Source: Balanoglossus misakiensis (lineage: Eukaryota; Animalia; Hemichordata). Taken from it: 64,000 bases of DNA. Made by a program: the position numbers and the translations under genes. The DNA is taken from NCBI GenBank assembly GCA_040954595.2, contig CM082580.2:1602783-1666782 (forward strand), written 5' to 3'. Shown here one piece after another: positions 1 to 13,300 of this stretch. The notes below the pieces were generated by a model. It did no database searches. It worked only from the letters and a program-made list of their open reading frames with translations, and had not been told where the DNA came from. Position 1 is the stretch's first letter, and each line of letters opens with the position of its first letter.

Positions 1-3000
1 TTTTTTCAAAAATCGACAAAATTTTGAGATTTTGCAAAGTCGAAAATTTGTAATTTTTTGATGATTTTCACCCATGTTTTTTTTCAAAATTGAACGAACC
101 CATGATTTTTTTCAAAAATCGACGAAATTTTGAGATTTTGCAAAGTCGAAAATTTGTCATTTTTTGATGATTTTCACCCATGTTTTTTTTTTCAAAAATC
201 GACGAAATTTTGAGATTTTGCAAAGTCGAAAATTTGTCATTTATTAATGATTTTCACCCATGATTTTTTTTCAAAAATCGACAAATTTTTGAGATTTTGC
301 AAAGTCGAAAATTTGTAATTTTTTGATGATTTTTACCCATGATTTTTTTTTTCAAAAATCGACGAAATTTTGAGATTTTGCAAATTCGAAAATTTGTAAT
401 TTTTTGATGATTTTCACCCTTTTTTTTTCAAAAATCAACGAACCCATGATTTTTTTTCAAAAATCTACGAAATTTTGAGATTTTGCAAAGTCGAAAATTT
501 GTCATTTTTTGATGATTTTCACCCATGATTTTTTTCAAAAATCGACAAAATTTTTAGATTTTGCAAAGTCGAAAATTTGTAATTTTTTGATGATTTTTAC
601 CCATGATTTTTTTTTTCAAAAATTGACGAAATTTTGAGATTTTGCAAAGACGAAAATTTTTAATTTTTTGATGATTTTCACCCATATTTTTTTTCAAAAT
701 TGAACGAACCCATGATTTTTTTCAAAAATCGACGAAATTTTGAGATTTTGCAAAGTCGAAAATTTGTCATTTTTTGATGATTTTCACCCATGATTTTTTT
801 CAAAAATCGACGAAATTTTGAGATTTTGCAAAGTCGAAAATGTGTCATTTTTTGATGATTTTCACCCATGATTTTTTTCAAAAATCGACAAAATTTTGAG
901 ATTTTGCAAATTCGAAAATTTGTAATTTTTTGATGATTTTCACCCATGTTTTTTTTCAAAAATCAACGAACCCATGATTTTTTTTCAAAAATCGACAAAA
1001 TTTTGAGATTTTGCAAAGTCGAAAATTTGTCATTTTTTGATGATTTTCACCCATGATTTTTCTCAAAAATCGACGAAATTTTGAGATTTTGCAAAGTCGA
1101 AAATTTGTAATTTTTTGATGATTTTCACCCATGATTTTTTTTCAAAAATCGACGAAATTTTGAGATTTTGCAAAGTCGAAAATTTGTCATTTATTAATGA
1201 TTTTCACCCATGATTTTTTTTCAAAAATCGACAAAATTTTGAGATTTTGCAAAGTCGAAAATTTGTAATTTTTTGATGATTTTCACCCATGTTTTTTTTC
1301 AAAATTGAACGAACCCATGATTTTTTTCAAAAATCGACAAAATTTTGAGATTTTGCAAAGTCGAAAATTTGTCATTTTTTGATGATTTTCACCCATGATT
1401 TTTCTCAAAAATCGACGAAATTTTGAGATTTTGCAAAGTCGAAAATTTGTAATTTTTTGATGATTTTCACCCATGATTTTTTTTCAAAAATCGACGAAAT
1501 TTTGAGATTTTGCAAAGTCGAAAATTTGTCATTTATTAATGATTTTCACCCATGATTTTTTTTCAAAAATCGACAAAATTTTGAGATTTTGCAAAGTCGA
1601 AAATTTGTAATTTTTTGATGATTTTCACCCATGTTTTTTTTCAAAATTGAACGAACCCATGATTTTTTTCAAAAATCGACGAAATTTTGAGATTTTGCAA
1701 ATTCGAAAATTTGTCATTTTTTGATGATTTTCACCCATGTTTTTTTTTCCAAAATCGACGAAATTTTGAGATTTTGCAAAGTCGAAAATTTGTCATTTTT
1801 TGATGATTTTTTCCCATGATTTTGTTTTTCAAAAATCGACCAAATTTTGAGATTTTGCAAAGACAAAAAATTGTCATTTTTTGATGATTTTCACCCATGA
1901 TTTTTTTCAAAAATCGACGAAATTTTGAGATTTTGCAAAGACGAAAATTTGTCGTTTTTTGATGATTTTCACCCATGATTTTTCTCAAAAATCGACGAAA
2001 TTTTGAGATTTTGCAAAGTCAAAAATTTGTCATTATTTGATGATTTTCACCCATGATTTTTTTCAAAAATCGACGAAATTTAAGATTTTGCAAAGTCGAA
2101 AATTTGTCATTTTTTGATGATTTTCACCCATGATTTTTTTCAAAAATCGACGAAATTTTGAGATTTTGCAAAGTCGAAAATTTGTCATTTTTTGATGATT
2201 TTCACCCATGATTTTTTTCAAAAATCGACAAAATTTTTAGATTTTGCAAAGTCGAAAATTTGTAATTTTTTGATGATTTTTACCCATGATTTTTTTTTCA
2301 AAAATCGACGAAATTTTGAGATTTTGCAAAGACGAAACTTTTTAATTTTTTGATGATTTTCACCCATGACTTTTTTTCAAAAATTTACGAAATTTTGAGA
2401 TTTTGCAAAGTCGAAAATTTGTCATTTTTTGATGATTTTCACCCATGATTTTTTTCAAAAATCGACGAAATTTTGAGATTTTGCAAAGTCGAAAATTTAT
2501 CATTTTTTGATGATTTTCACCCATGATTTTTTTCAAAAATCGACAAAATTTTTAGATTTTGCAAAGTCGAAAATTTGTAATTTTTTGATGATTTTTACCC
2601 ATGATTTTTTTTTTCAAAAATCGACGATTTTTTGAGATTTTGCAAAGACGAAACTTTTTAATTTTTTGATGATTTTCACCCATGACTTTTTTTCAAAAAT
2701 TTACGAAATTTTGAGATTTTGCAAAGTCGAAAATTTGTCATTTTTTGATGATTTTCACCCATGTTTTTTTTTCAAAAATCGACGAAATTTTGAGATTTTG
2801 CAAATTCGAAAATTTGTAATTTTTTGATGATTTTCACCCATGTTTTTTTTCAAAAATCAACGAACCCATGATTTTTTTTCAAAAATCGACAAAATTTTGA
2901 GATTTTGCAAAGTCGAAAATTTGTCATTTTTTGATGAATTTCACCCATGATTTTTTTCAAAAATCGACGAAATTTTGAGATTTTGCAAAGTCGAAAATTT

Positions 3001-6000
3001 GTCATTTTTTGATTATTTTCACCCATGATTTTTTTCAAAAATCGACAAAATTTTTAGATTTCGCAAAGTCGACAATTTGTCATTTTTTTGATGATTTTCA
3101 CCATGATTTTTTTTTAAAAAATGACGAAATTTTGAGATTTTGCAAAGACGAAAATTTGTCATTTTTTGATGATTTTCACCCATGATTTTTTTTCAAAAAT
3201 GTACGAAATTTTGAGATTTTGCAAAGTCGAAAATTTGTAATTTTTTGATGATTTTCACCAATGTTTTTTTTTAAAAATCAACGAACCCATGATTTTTTTC
3301 AAAAATTGACACCAATGTTTTTTTTTAAAAATCAACGAACTCATGATTTTTTTAAAAAATTGACATTTTGAGATTTTGCAAAGTCGAAAATTTGTCATTT
3401 TTTGATGATTTTCACCATGATTGTTTTTTTCAAAAATCGACAAAATTTTTAGATTTTGCAAAGTCGAAAATTTGTAATTTTTTGATGATTTTTACCCATG
3501 ATTTTTTTTTCCAAAAATCGACGAAATTTTGAGATTTTGCAAAGACGAAAATTTGTAATTTTTTGATGATTTTCACCCATGACTTTTTTTCAAAAATTTA
3601 CGAAATTTTGAGATTTTGCAAAGTCGAAAATTTGTCATTTTTTGATGATTTTTTCCCATGATTTTGTTTTTCAAAAATCGACCAAATTTTGGGATTTTGC
3701 AAAGACGAAAATTTGTCATTTTTTGATGATTTTCACCCATGATTTTTTTCAAAAATCGACGAACCCATGATTTTTTTTTCCAAAATCTACGAAATTTTGA
3801 GATTTTGCAAAGTCGAAAATTTGTAATTTTTTGATGATTTTCACCCATGTTTTTTTTCCAAAATCGACGAAATTTTGAGATTTTGCAAATTCGAAAATTT
3901 GTAATTTTTTGATGATTTTCACCCATGTTTTTTTTCAAAAATCAACGAACCCATGATTTTTTTTCAAAAATCGACAAAATTTTGAGATTTTGCAAAGTCG
4001 AAAATTTGTCATTTTTTGATGATTTTCACCCATGATTTTTCTCAAAAATCGACGAAATTTTGAGATTTTGCAAAGTCGAAAATTTGTAATTTTTTGATGA
4101 TTTTCACCCATGATTTTTTTTCAAAAATCGACGAAATTTTGAGATTTTGCAAAGTCGAAAATTTGTCATTTATTAATGATTTTCACCCATGATTTTTTTT
4201 CAAAAATCGACAAAATTTTGAGATTTTGCAAAGTCGAAAATTTGTAATTTTTTGATGATTTTCACCCATGTTTTTTTCAAAATTGAACGAACCCATGATT
4301 TTTTTCAAAAATCGACGAAATTTTGAGATTTTGCAAAGTCGAAAATTTGTCATTTTTTGATGATTTTCACCCATGATTTTTTTCAAAAATCGACAAAATT
4401 TTTAGATTTTGCAAAGTCGAAAATTTGTAATTTTTTGATGATTTTTACCCATGATTTTTTTTTTCAAAAATCGACGAAATTTTGAGATTTTGCAAAGACG
4501 AAAATTTGTAATTTTTTGATGATTTTCACCCATGACTTTTTTTCAAAAATTTACGAAATTTTGAGATTTTGCAAAGTCGAAAATTTGTCATTTTTTGATG
4601 ATTTTCACCCATGTTTTTTTTTCAAAAATCGACGAAATTTTGAGATTTTGCAAATTCGAAAATTTGTAATTTTTTGATGATTTTCACCCATGTTTTTTTT
4701 TCAAAAATCAACGAACCCATGATTTTTTTTCAAAAATCTACGAAATTTTGAGATTTTGCAAAGTCGAAAATTTGTCATTTTTTGATGATTTTCACCCATG
4801 ATTTTTTTCAAAAATCGACAAAATTTTTAGATTTTGCAAAGTCGAAAATTTGTATTTTTTTGATGATTTTTACCCATGATTTTTTTTTTCAAAAATCGAC
4901 GAAATTTTGAGATTTTGCAAAGACGAAAATTTGTAATTTTTTGATGATTTTCACCCATGTTTTTTTTTCAAAAATCAACGAACCCATGATTTTTTTTCAA
5001 AAATCGACAATATTCTGAGATTTTGCAAAGTTGAACATTTGTCATTTGTTGATGATTTTCACCCATGTTTTTTTTTTCAAAAATGGACGAACCCATGTTT
5101 TTTTTTTTCAAAAATCGACGAATTTTTGAAAATTTTGTTAAGTCGAAAATTTGTAATTTTTTTGATGATTTCCCCCCCCCCCCACGATTTTTTTTTTCAA
5201 AAATCGACGAAATTTTGAGATTTTGCAAAGTTGAACATTTGTCATTTGTTGATGATTTTCACCCATGTTTTTTTTTTCAAAAATGGACGAACCCATGTTT
5301 TTTTTTTAAAATCGACGAATTTTTCAAAATTTTGCAAAGTCGAAAATTTGTCATTTTTTTGATGATTTCCCCCCCCCCCACGATTTTTTTTTCAAAAATT
5401 GACGAAATTTTGAGATTTTGCAAAGTCGAAAATTTGTCATTTTTTGATGATTTTTACCCATGATTTTTTTTCAAAAATTGACGAAATTTTAAGATTTTGC
5501 TGTCGAAAATCTGTCTTTTTTTGACGATTTTACCCATGATTTTTTTCAGAAATCGACGAAATTTTGAGATTTTGCAAAGTCGAAACTTTGTCTTTTTTAA
5601 TGATTTTCACTCATTATTTTTTTCAAAAATCGACGAAATTTTCAGTTTTTGCAAAGTCGAAAATTTGTCATTTTTTGAAGATTTTCACCCATGTTTTTTT
5701 TCAAAAATCGACGAACCCATGATTTTTTTCAAAATCGACGAAATTTTGAGATTTTGCAAAGTCGAAAATTTGTCATTTGTTGATGATTTTCATCAGCTAT
5801 AACCCATTTTTTTTTCAAAAATCGACGAATTTTTGAAAATTTTGCAAAGTCGAAAATTTGTCATTTTTTGATGATTTTCACCCATGATTTTTTTCAAAAA
5901 TGGACGAAATTTTGAGATTTTGCAAAGTCGAACATTTTTCATTTATTGATGATTTTTACCCATGATTTTTTTTCAAAAATTGACGAAATTTTAAGATTGT

Positions 6001-6765
6001 GCAGTCGAAAATTTGTCATTTTTTGATGATTTTCACCCATTTTTTTTCAAAAATCGACGAAATTTTGAGTTTTTGCAAAGTCGAAAATTTGTCATTTTTT
6101 GAAGATTTTCACCCATGTTTTTTTTTTAAAATCGACGGACTTTTGAGATTTTGCAAAGTCGAAAATTTGTCATTTTTTGATGATTTTCACCCATGTTTTT
6201 TTTTCGACGAACCCATGTTTTTTTTTCCAAAATCGACGATATTTTGAGATTTTGCAAAGTCGAAAATTTGTCATTTTTTTATGATTTCCCCCCCCCCCCC
6301 CACGATTTTTTTTTTCAAAAATCGACGAAAATCTCGAAGTTCTTGCAAAGTCGAAAATTTGTCATTTTTTGATGATTTTCACCCATGATTTTTTTTAAAA
6401 ATCGACGAACCCATAGTTTTTTCAAAATCGACAAAATTTTGAGATTTTGCAGTCGAAAATTTGTCATTTTTCGATGATTTTCATCCATGTTTTTTTTCAA
6501 AAATCGACGAAATTTTGAGATTTTGCAAAGTCGAAAATTTGTCATTTTTTGATGATTTTCACCCATGATTTTTCTCAAAAATCGACGAAATTTAGAGATT
6601 TTGCTAAGTCGAAAATTTGTCATTTTTTGATGATTTTCACCCATGATTTTTTTTTTTCAAAAATCGACAAAATTCCCATTTTTTGAAGATTTTCTCCCAT
6701 GTTTTTTTTCAAAAATCGACGAACCCATGATTTTTTTTCAAAATCGACGAAATTTTGAGATTTTG
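1..6765 (+). repeat. Satellite A, ~78-bp monomer tandem array, forward orientation
   Basis: Monomer CAAAAATCGACGAAATTTTGAGATTTTGCAAAGTCGAAAATTTGTCATTTTTTGATGATTTTCACCCATGA(T)n; period 78 bp (e.g. 723 to 801), matching the 26-aa periodicity of the spurious ORFs. A ~30-bp short variant (CAAAAATCGACGAACCCATGA(T)n) is interspersed. Confidence 0.97.
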
Positions 6766-7698
6766 CAAAATCTCAATATTTCGTCGATTTTGAAAAAAAT
6801 CATGGGTTCTTGCAAAATCTCAAAATTTCGTCGATTTTGAAAAAAATCATGGGTTCGTTGAATTTTGAAAAAAAAAACATGGATGAAAATCATCAAAAAA
6901 TGACAAATTTTCGACTTTGCAAAATCTCAAAATTTCGTCGATTTTGGAAAAAAATCATGGGTTCGTCGATTTTTGCAAAAAATCATGGGTGAAAATCATC
7001 AAAAAATGACAAATTTTCGACTTTGCAAAATCTCAAAATTTCGTCGAATTTGAAAAAAATCATGGGTTCTTGCAAAATCTCAAAATTTCGTCGATTTTGA
7101 AAACAATCATGGGTTCGTTGAATTGTGAAAAAAAACATGGATGAAAATCATCAAAAAATGACAAATTTTCGACTTTGCAAAATCTCAAAATTTCGTCGAT
7201 TTTGAAAAAAAATTATGGGTTCGTCGATTTTTGAAAAAAAAAAATGGGTGAAAATCATCAAAATGACCAATGTTCGACTTTGCAAATCTCAAAATTTCGT
7301 CGATTTTTGAAATTAAAAAATCATGGGCTATAGCTCATGAAAATCATCAACAAATGTCAAATTTTCAACTTTGCGAAATCTCAAAATATCGTCGATTTTT
7401 GAAAAAAAAACATGGGTTCGTCGATTTTGAAAAAAAAATCATGGGCTATAGCTCATGAAAATCATCAACAAATGTCAAATTTTCAACTTTGCGAAATCTC
7501 AAAATTTCGTCGATTTTGAAAAAAATTATGGGTTCGTCGATTTTTGAAAAAAATCATGGGTGAAAATCATCAAAAAATGACAAATTTTCGACTGCAAAAT
7601 CTCAAAATTTCGTCGATTTCGAAAAAAATCATGGGTTCGTCGATTTTTGAAAAAAAAAACATGGGTGAAAATCATCAAAAAATTACAAATTTTCGACT
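6766..7698 (-). repeat. Satellite A, inverted orientation (first block)
   Basis: Reverse complement of the same monomer (GCAAAATCTCAAAATTTCGTCGATTTTTGAAAAAAATCATGGGTGAAAATCATC) begins at the TTTTG|CAAAA dyad at 6761-6770. Confidence 0.95.
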
Positions 7699-10600
7699 TA
7701 GTGTGGTATGATGTGTATTCCCGTAGGATTTTTGTGCTAAAATTGATTTTTTTGCTGTTTTGGCTTCTACGGGGACCCAACTACCCGAAAATGATGGGGT
7801 GCAATTTTAAGGGCCCCTCCATCATATTTTTCTGGGGGGGGGGGGGGGTACTTCCGTTTTGTGGTATGATGTGTATTCCCGTAGGATTTTTCTGCTAAAA
7901 TTGATTTTTTTTGCTGTTTGGCTTCAATGGGGACCCAACTACCCAAAAATCATGGGGTGCAATTTTTAGGGCCCCTCCATCAATTTTTTTCGGGGGGTCT
8001 CTTCTGTTTTGGTCACTCGAGGATATTTGTTCACCTATTTACTCTATCATCATGGGAATTTGGGCTACAATTAATTTGTTTTTGTTGTGTTTGCTTTGGA
8101 GGAGACCAACCTGGCCAAAAATAATCGGGTGCAAATTATAGGGCCCCTCCATCATTTTTTATTTGGGGGGGGGGGGGCACTTCCATTTTGGCCACTCCGA
8201 AGTTGTTTGTTGGCCTATTTACTCCCTTCTCATAGAATATTTTGCTAAAAATATTATTTTTCTTTGATGTTTTGGTTTCAATGGGGCTCCACCAGAACTA
8301 AAATGATGGGGTTCAAATTTTTGGAACCTTCCATCATGTCTTGGGGGGGGGGGAGGGTAATCATTTCTGTTTTGGCCACCCTGAAGATACTTATTCACCT
8401 ATTTACTATACGGTTAGTATTGTCGTGGTATTTCTTGCAATTTGGTTTGCTCCTTTGGCTTGAATGCAGACTGACTGCCGAAAAGTGATGGTGTGCAAAA
8501 TGTTGGACCCCTTTACCACATTTTTGGTGGGGGGGGGGGGTTCTCTATATTTGTTTTCGCCAACCCGTTGTAACAGTAGTTTTTTTTTATCTTAGATTTT
8601 TTCGTTTATTCTAAATTTAGTATACTAAGGTAAATTAAAACTCCTTTATATATAATAAAGTACATAATGTGTATTTTAGTTTATTTTCCGAGCTACAGTC
8701 CCATCTCATAAAATGGACCCTTGAGGCACCCTCCCTACCACGGACGGTGCAATAAACAACCCAAGAAGCATAACGATTCTTTTCTGATATCTTGGTATTC
8801 TCAATCATCATTTTCACGAAACCCAGTTCTGTTTGATCTACTCATCGCCAGTGTCGTTATCTTCAAGAACATTTCCCCCTGGTTTTCAGTCTCCACCATA
8901 GCATTTGCAGAGGGGAGTACATAGTAAATCATTCTTTGAGCAACTGCAACGTCCCCTACAACCTGCTTTGCAGCCACATTTGATAAGCTCTAGTACTGCC
9001 TTTGGTGCAGGGAGAGCAAGACATTTTACTGGATAAAACACGCCATTCTCCGATTTCCACCCATTCTTTTTGATTGGGGGAAGTTCAGGACAATTTGTTG
9101 CGTATGATTTATCTCTCATTGTGATGAAGGGGTGGCACCCTTTTCACAGATCACGCAAATCTTATTTTTATCTACATATTAATTCTGTAGTTTATTGCAA
9201 AATGTCCTAATAGCTATCGAACTGGAACGTAAAACGCTGCTTACGGTGCTAAGAAAATAGCCAATATGTATTTAGTAATAAAACTGAGATGTAGTTCACA
9301 GACTTGTTTTATTTTCAGTAGTATTGAGCTACAAAATGAGCCAAATTTGATATTGTTAATGTTTACCAAAACAAGTTTTAGAAGTAAGACATAGTTCAAG
9401 GGCTTTTTACAGCACTATTTTGCTATTGGCATGAAAATTTTGAAAATACTACTTTAAAATAGACAATACTTCAACTGATATGGCTTTATTTACGACAGTA
9501 TTTAACTTTGAAATGAGTTCAACTGAATATCGTTTTAATACCCCAAAAAACAAGTGTTGATTAAAACGTACTTCAGAGTTTATGCACAGACTTATATCGA
9601 TGAGAATTTTAGTACAATGGTAAATATCTCAGACATTGATTGTGCTACGAAAGAATAAACAACTCTTAACGAAAAAGTTACCAGAATCATATGCATATGA
9701 TTCTGGTAACTCACGGCCCCTCGGGTGTAATAAACGGCTGCTATGGCCCTCATGGCCAGGCAATAGGTGTTCACTATTTGGTATAGCCTAGTATACTATA
9801 TTTTTGTAAACCATAGAAAACATGAGTGTGGTGATGAGTTGGGTGGCGGTCCAAGGTGAGGGGAGGTATATTATGCTAAGTCCAAACCAGAGAGATATTT
9901 GTGGTTGATTTGTTAGTGTCAAAATTCAACTAAGTATATTTATAAAAATAAGATAGCGCTGTAGTATATATGACAACTGATACAAATGTAGGTAACTGAT
10001 ATGTTTACCCATAAACCGTCTAATATTTAAGATTCCCAATATGTGGAGAGGCCCTAAAATTTGACCTCATTTTTGAGCAGTTAGGTCCCCATAGAAGTTA
10101 AAAAAAAAGAAATTGGAAGAAATCCTTTACAAATACACATGTCACACTATGAACAAATATCTCCAGGGCTGCTAAAACTAAAGTGACCCCCCCCCCCCTG
10201 CAAGAAAATGTGATGGAGGGGTCCAACAAATTGATTTCCATCATTTTGGGGATGTTTATTCATCATTGAAACCAAAACAGCAAACAAAACAAATAACTAT
10301 TAGCAAAAACTCCTACGAGAATACACGGTATAGGTGAACAAATACCGTTAAGATTGTCGGAATGTAAGTGCCCCCCCCCCCCACAAATGTAATAGAGGGG
10401 CCCTAAAATTTGCACGTGATCTTTTGTGACCAGGTGTCAAAACAGCAAAAAAAAAATTCTTTAGCAGAAAATTCTACGAAAATGGAGTAGATAGGTGAAT
10501 AAATATCTTCGGGGAGGCCAAAACAGGAGTGACGACCCCCCCCCCGAAAAAATATGATGGAGGGGCCCTAAAAATTGCACCCCATCATTTTCGGGTAGTT

Positions 10601-10847
10601 GGGTCCCCATAGAAGCCAAAACAGCAAAAAAATCAATTTTAGCACAAAAATCCTACGGGAATACACATCATACCACAAAACGGAAGTACCCCCCCCCCCC
10701 GAGAAAAATATGATGGAGGGGCCCTTAAAATTTCACCCCATCATTTTCGGGTAGTTGGGTCCCAATAGAAGCCAAAACAGCAAAAAAATCAATTTTAGCA
10801 CAACAATCCTACGGGAGCTGTTTTTCATGACATACCATACCGCACTA
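7699..10847 (-). mobile_element. Non-autonomous Academ-type DNA transposon (internal deletion derivative) with long, internally repetitive TIRs
   Basis: Termini TAGTGTGGTATG (7699) and CATACCGCACTA (10847). 3-bp TSD ACT at 7696-7698 and 10848-10850; removal restores the satellite variant TTTTCGACTGCAAAATCTC. Arms ~7699-8560 and ~10030-10847 are inverted copies built of ~160-180-bp subrepeats with poly-G/C tracts. TAG..CTA ends with a 3-bp TSD fit Academ. Confidence 0.85.
8886..9119 (-). pseudogene. C-terminal remnant of an Academ-type transposase (Cys-rich CXC-like domain)
   Basis: LPPIKKNGWKSENGVFYPVKCLALPAPKAVLELIKCGCKAGCRGRCSCSKNDLLCTPLCKC fits the P..GW...P...PAP..L..I.C.CK..C...CSC...L.CT..C.C C-terminus of Academ proteins, and it lies between the TIRs. 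Confidence 0.75.
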
Positions 10848-13300
10848 ACTGCAAAATCTCAAAATTTGGTCGATTTTTGAAAAAAATCATGGTGAAAATC
10901 ATCAAAAAATGACAAATTTTTGATTTTGCAAAATCTCAAAATTTCGTCGATTTTGAAAAAAATTATGGGTTCGTCGATTTTTGAAAAAAAACATGGGTGA
11001 ATTTTCGACTTTGCAAAATCTCAAAATTTCATCGATTTTGAAAAAAATCATGGGTTCGTTGATTTTTTAAAAAAACATGGGTGAATTTTCGACTTTGCAA
11101 AATCTCAAAATTTCGTCGATTTGGAAAAAAAATCATGGGTTCGTTGATTTTTAAAAAAAAACATGGGTGAAAATCATCAAAAAATGAAAAATTTTCGATT
11201 TTCCAAATCTCAAAAGTTCGCCGATTTTGAAAAAAAATCATGGGTTCGTCGATTGTTTAAAAAAAACATGGGTGAAAATCAACAAAATGACAAATTTTCG
11301 ACTGCAAAATCTCAAAATTTCGTCGATTTTTGAAAAAAAACATGGGTGAAAATCATCAAAAAATGACAAATTTTCGACTTTGCAAAATGTCAAAATTTCG
11401 TCGATTTTGAAAAAAATTATGGGTTCGTCGATTTTTGAAAAAAATCATGGGTGAAAATCTTCAAAAAATGACAAATTTTCGACTGCAAAATCTCAAAATT
11501 TCGTCGATTTTCGAAAAAAAATAATGGGTGAAAATCATCAAAAAAATGACAAATTTTTGATTTTGCAAAATCTCAAAATTTCGTCGATTTTGAAAAAAAA
11601 TCACGGGTTCGTCGATTTTTTTAAAAAACATGAGTGAAAACCATCAAAAAATGACAAATTTAAGACTGCAAAATCTTAAAATTTCGTCGACTTTTGAAAA
11701 AAAGCATGGGTTCGTTGATTTTTTAAAAAAACATGGGTGAAAATCATCAAAAATTTACAAATTTTCGACTGCAAAATCTCAAAATTTCGTCGATTTTTGA
11801 AAAAAAAATCATGGGTGAAAATCCTCAAAAAAACGACAAATTTTTGATTTTGCAAAATTTCAAAATTTCGTCGATTTTGAAAAAAAATCATGGGTTCGTT
11901 GATTTTTTAAAAAAACATGGGTGAAAATCATCAAAAAATGAAAAATTTTCGACTTTGCAAAATCTCAAAATTTCGTCGATTTTGAAAAAAATTATGGGTT
12001 CGTCGATTTTTGAAAAAAAATCATGGGTGAAAATCATCAAAAAATGACAAATTTTCGATTTTGCAAAATCTCAAAAGTTCGTCGATTTTTGAAAAAAAAA
12101 TCATAGGCTATAGCTCATGAAAATCATCAACAAATGTCAAATTTTCAACTTTGCGAAATCTCAAAATATCGTCGATTTTTGAAAAAAAAAACATGGGTGA
12201 AAATCATCAAAAAATGACAAATTTTCGACTTTGCAAAATCTCAAAATTTCGTCGATTTTGAAAAAAAATATGGGTTCGTCGATTTTTGAAAAAAATCATG
12301 GGTGAAAATAATCAAAAAATGACAAATTTTCGACTGCAAATCTCAAAATTTCGTCGATTTTTGAAAAAAAATCATGGGTGAAAATCATCAAAAAAATGAC
12401 AAATTTTTGATTTTGCAAAATCTCAAAAATCACGGGTTCGTCGATTTTGAAAAAAATCACGGGTTCGTCGATTTTTTAAAAAAACATGGGTGAAAACCAT
12501 CAAAAAATGACAAATTTTCGACTGCAAAATCTCAAAATTTCGTCGATTTTTGAAAAAAAACATGCGTTCGTCGATTTCTGAAAAAAAAAATTTTTGATTT
12601 TGCAAAATCTCAAAAATCACGGGTTCGTCGATTTTGAAAAAAATCACGGGTTCGTCGATTTTTTAAAAAAACATGGGTGAAAACCATCAAAAAATGACAA
12701 ATTTTCGACTGCAAAATCTCAAAATTTCGTCGATTTTTGAAAAAAAACATGCGTTCGTCGATTTCTGAAAAAAAAAACATGGGTGAAAATCATCAAAAAA
12801 TGACAAATTTTTGATTTTGCAAAATCTCAAAATTTCGTCGATTTTGAAAAAAAATCACGGGTTCGTCGATTTTTTAAAAAAACATGGGTGAAAACCATCA
12901 AAAAATGACAAATTTAAGACTGCAAAATCTCACAATTTCGTCGACTTTTGAAAAAAAACATGGGTTCGTCGATTTTTGAAAAAAAAACATGGGTGAAAAT
13001 CATCAAAAAATGAAACATTTTAGACTGCAAAATCTCAAAATTTCGTCGATTTTGAAAAAAATTATGGGTTCGTCGATTTTTAAAAAAAAATCATGGGTGA
13101 AAATCATAAAAAAATGACAAATTTTCGAGTTTGCAAAATCTCAAAATTTCGTAGATTTTTGAAAAAAATCATGGGTGAAAATCATCAAAAAATGAAAAAT
13201 TTTCGACTTTGCATAATCTCAAAATTTCGTCGATTTTGAAAAAAATCATTGGTTCGTCGATTTTTGAAAAAAAAACATCGGTGAAAATCACCAAAAAAAA
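10848..13300 (-). repeat. Satellite A, inverted orientation (second block)
   Basis: The array resumes in register after the ACT TSD and ends abruptly at ~13300. Confidence 0.95.

Noticed and set aside
7699-10847. CACTA/EnSpm assignment because of the CACTA pentamer and 3-bp TSD
   Set aside because: The pentamer is in the wrong orientation (element starts TAGTG and ends CACTA) and the coding remnant is Academ-like.
1-13300. CRISPR-like regular repeat spacing
   Set aside because: No unique spacers, no cas genes, eukaryotic context.
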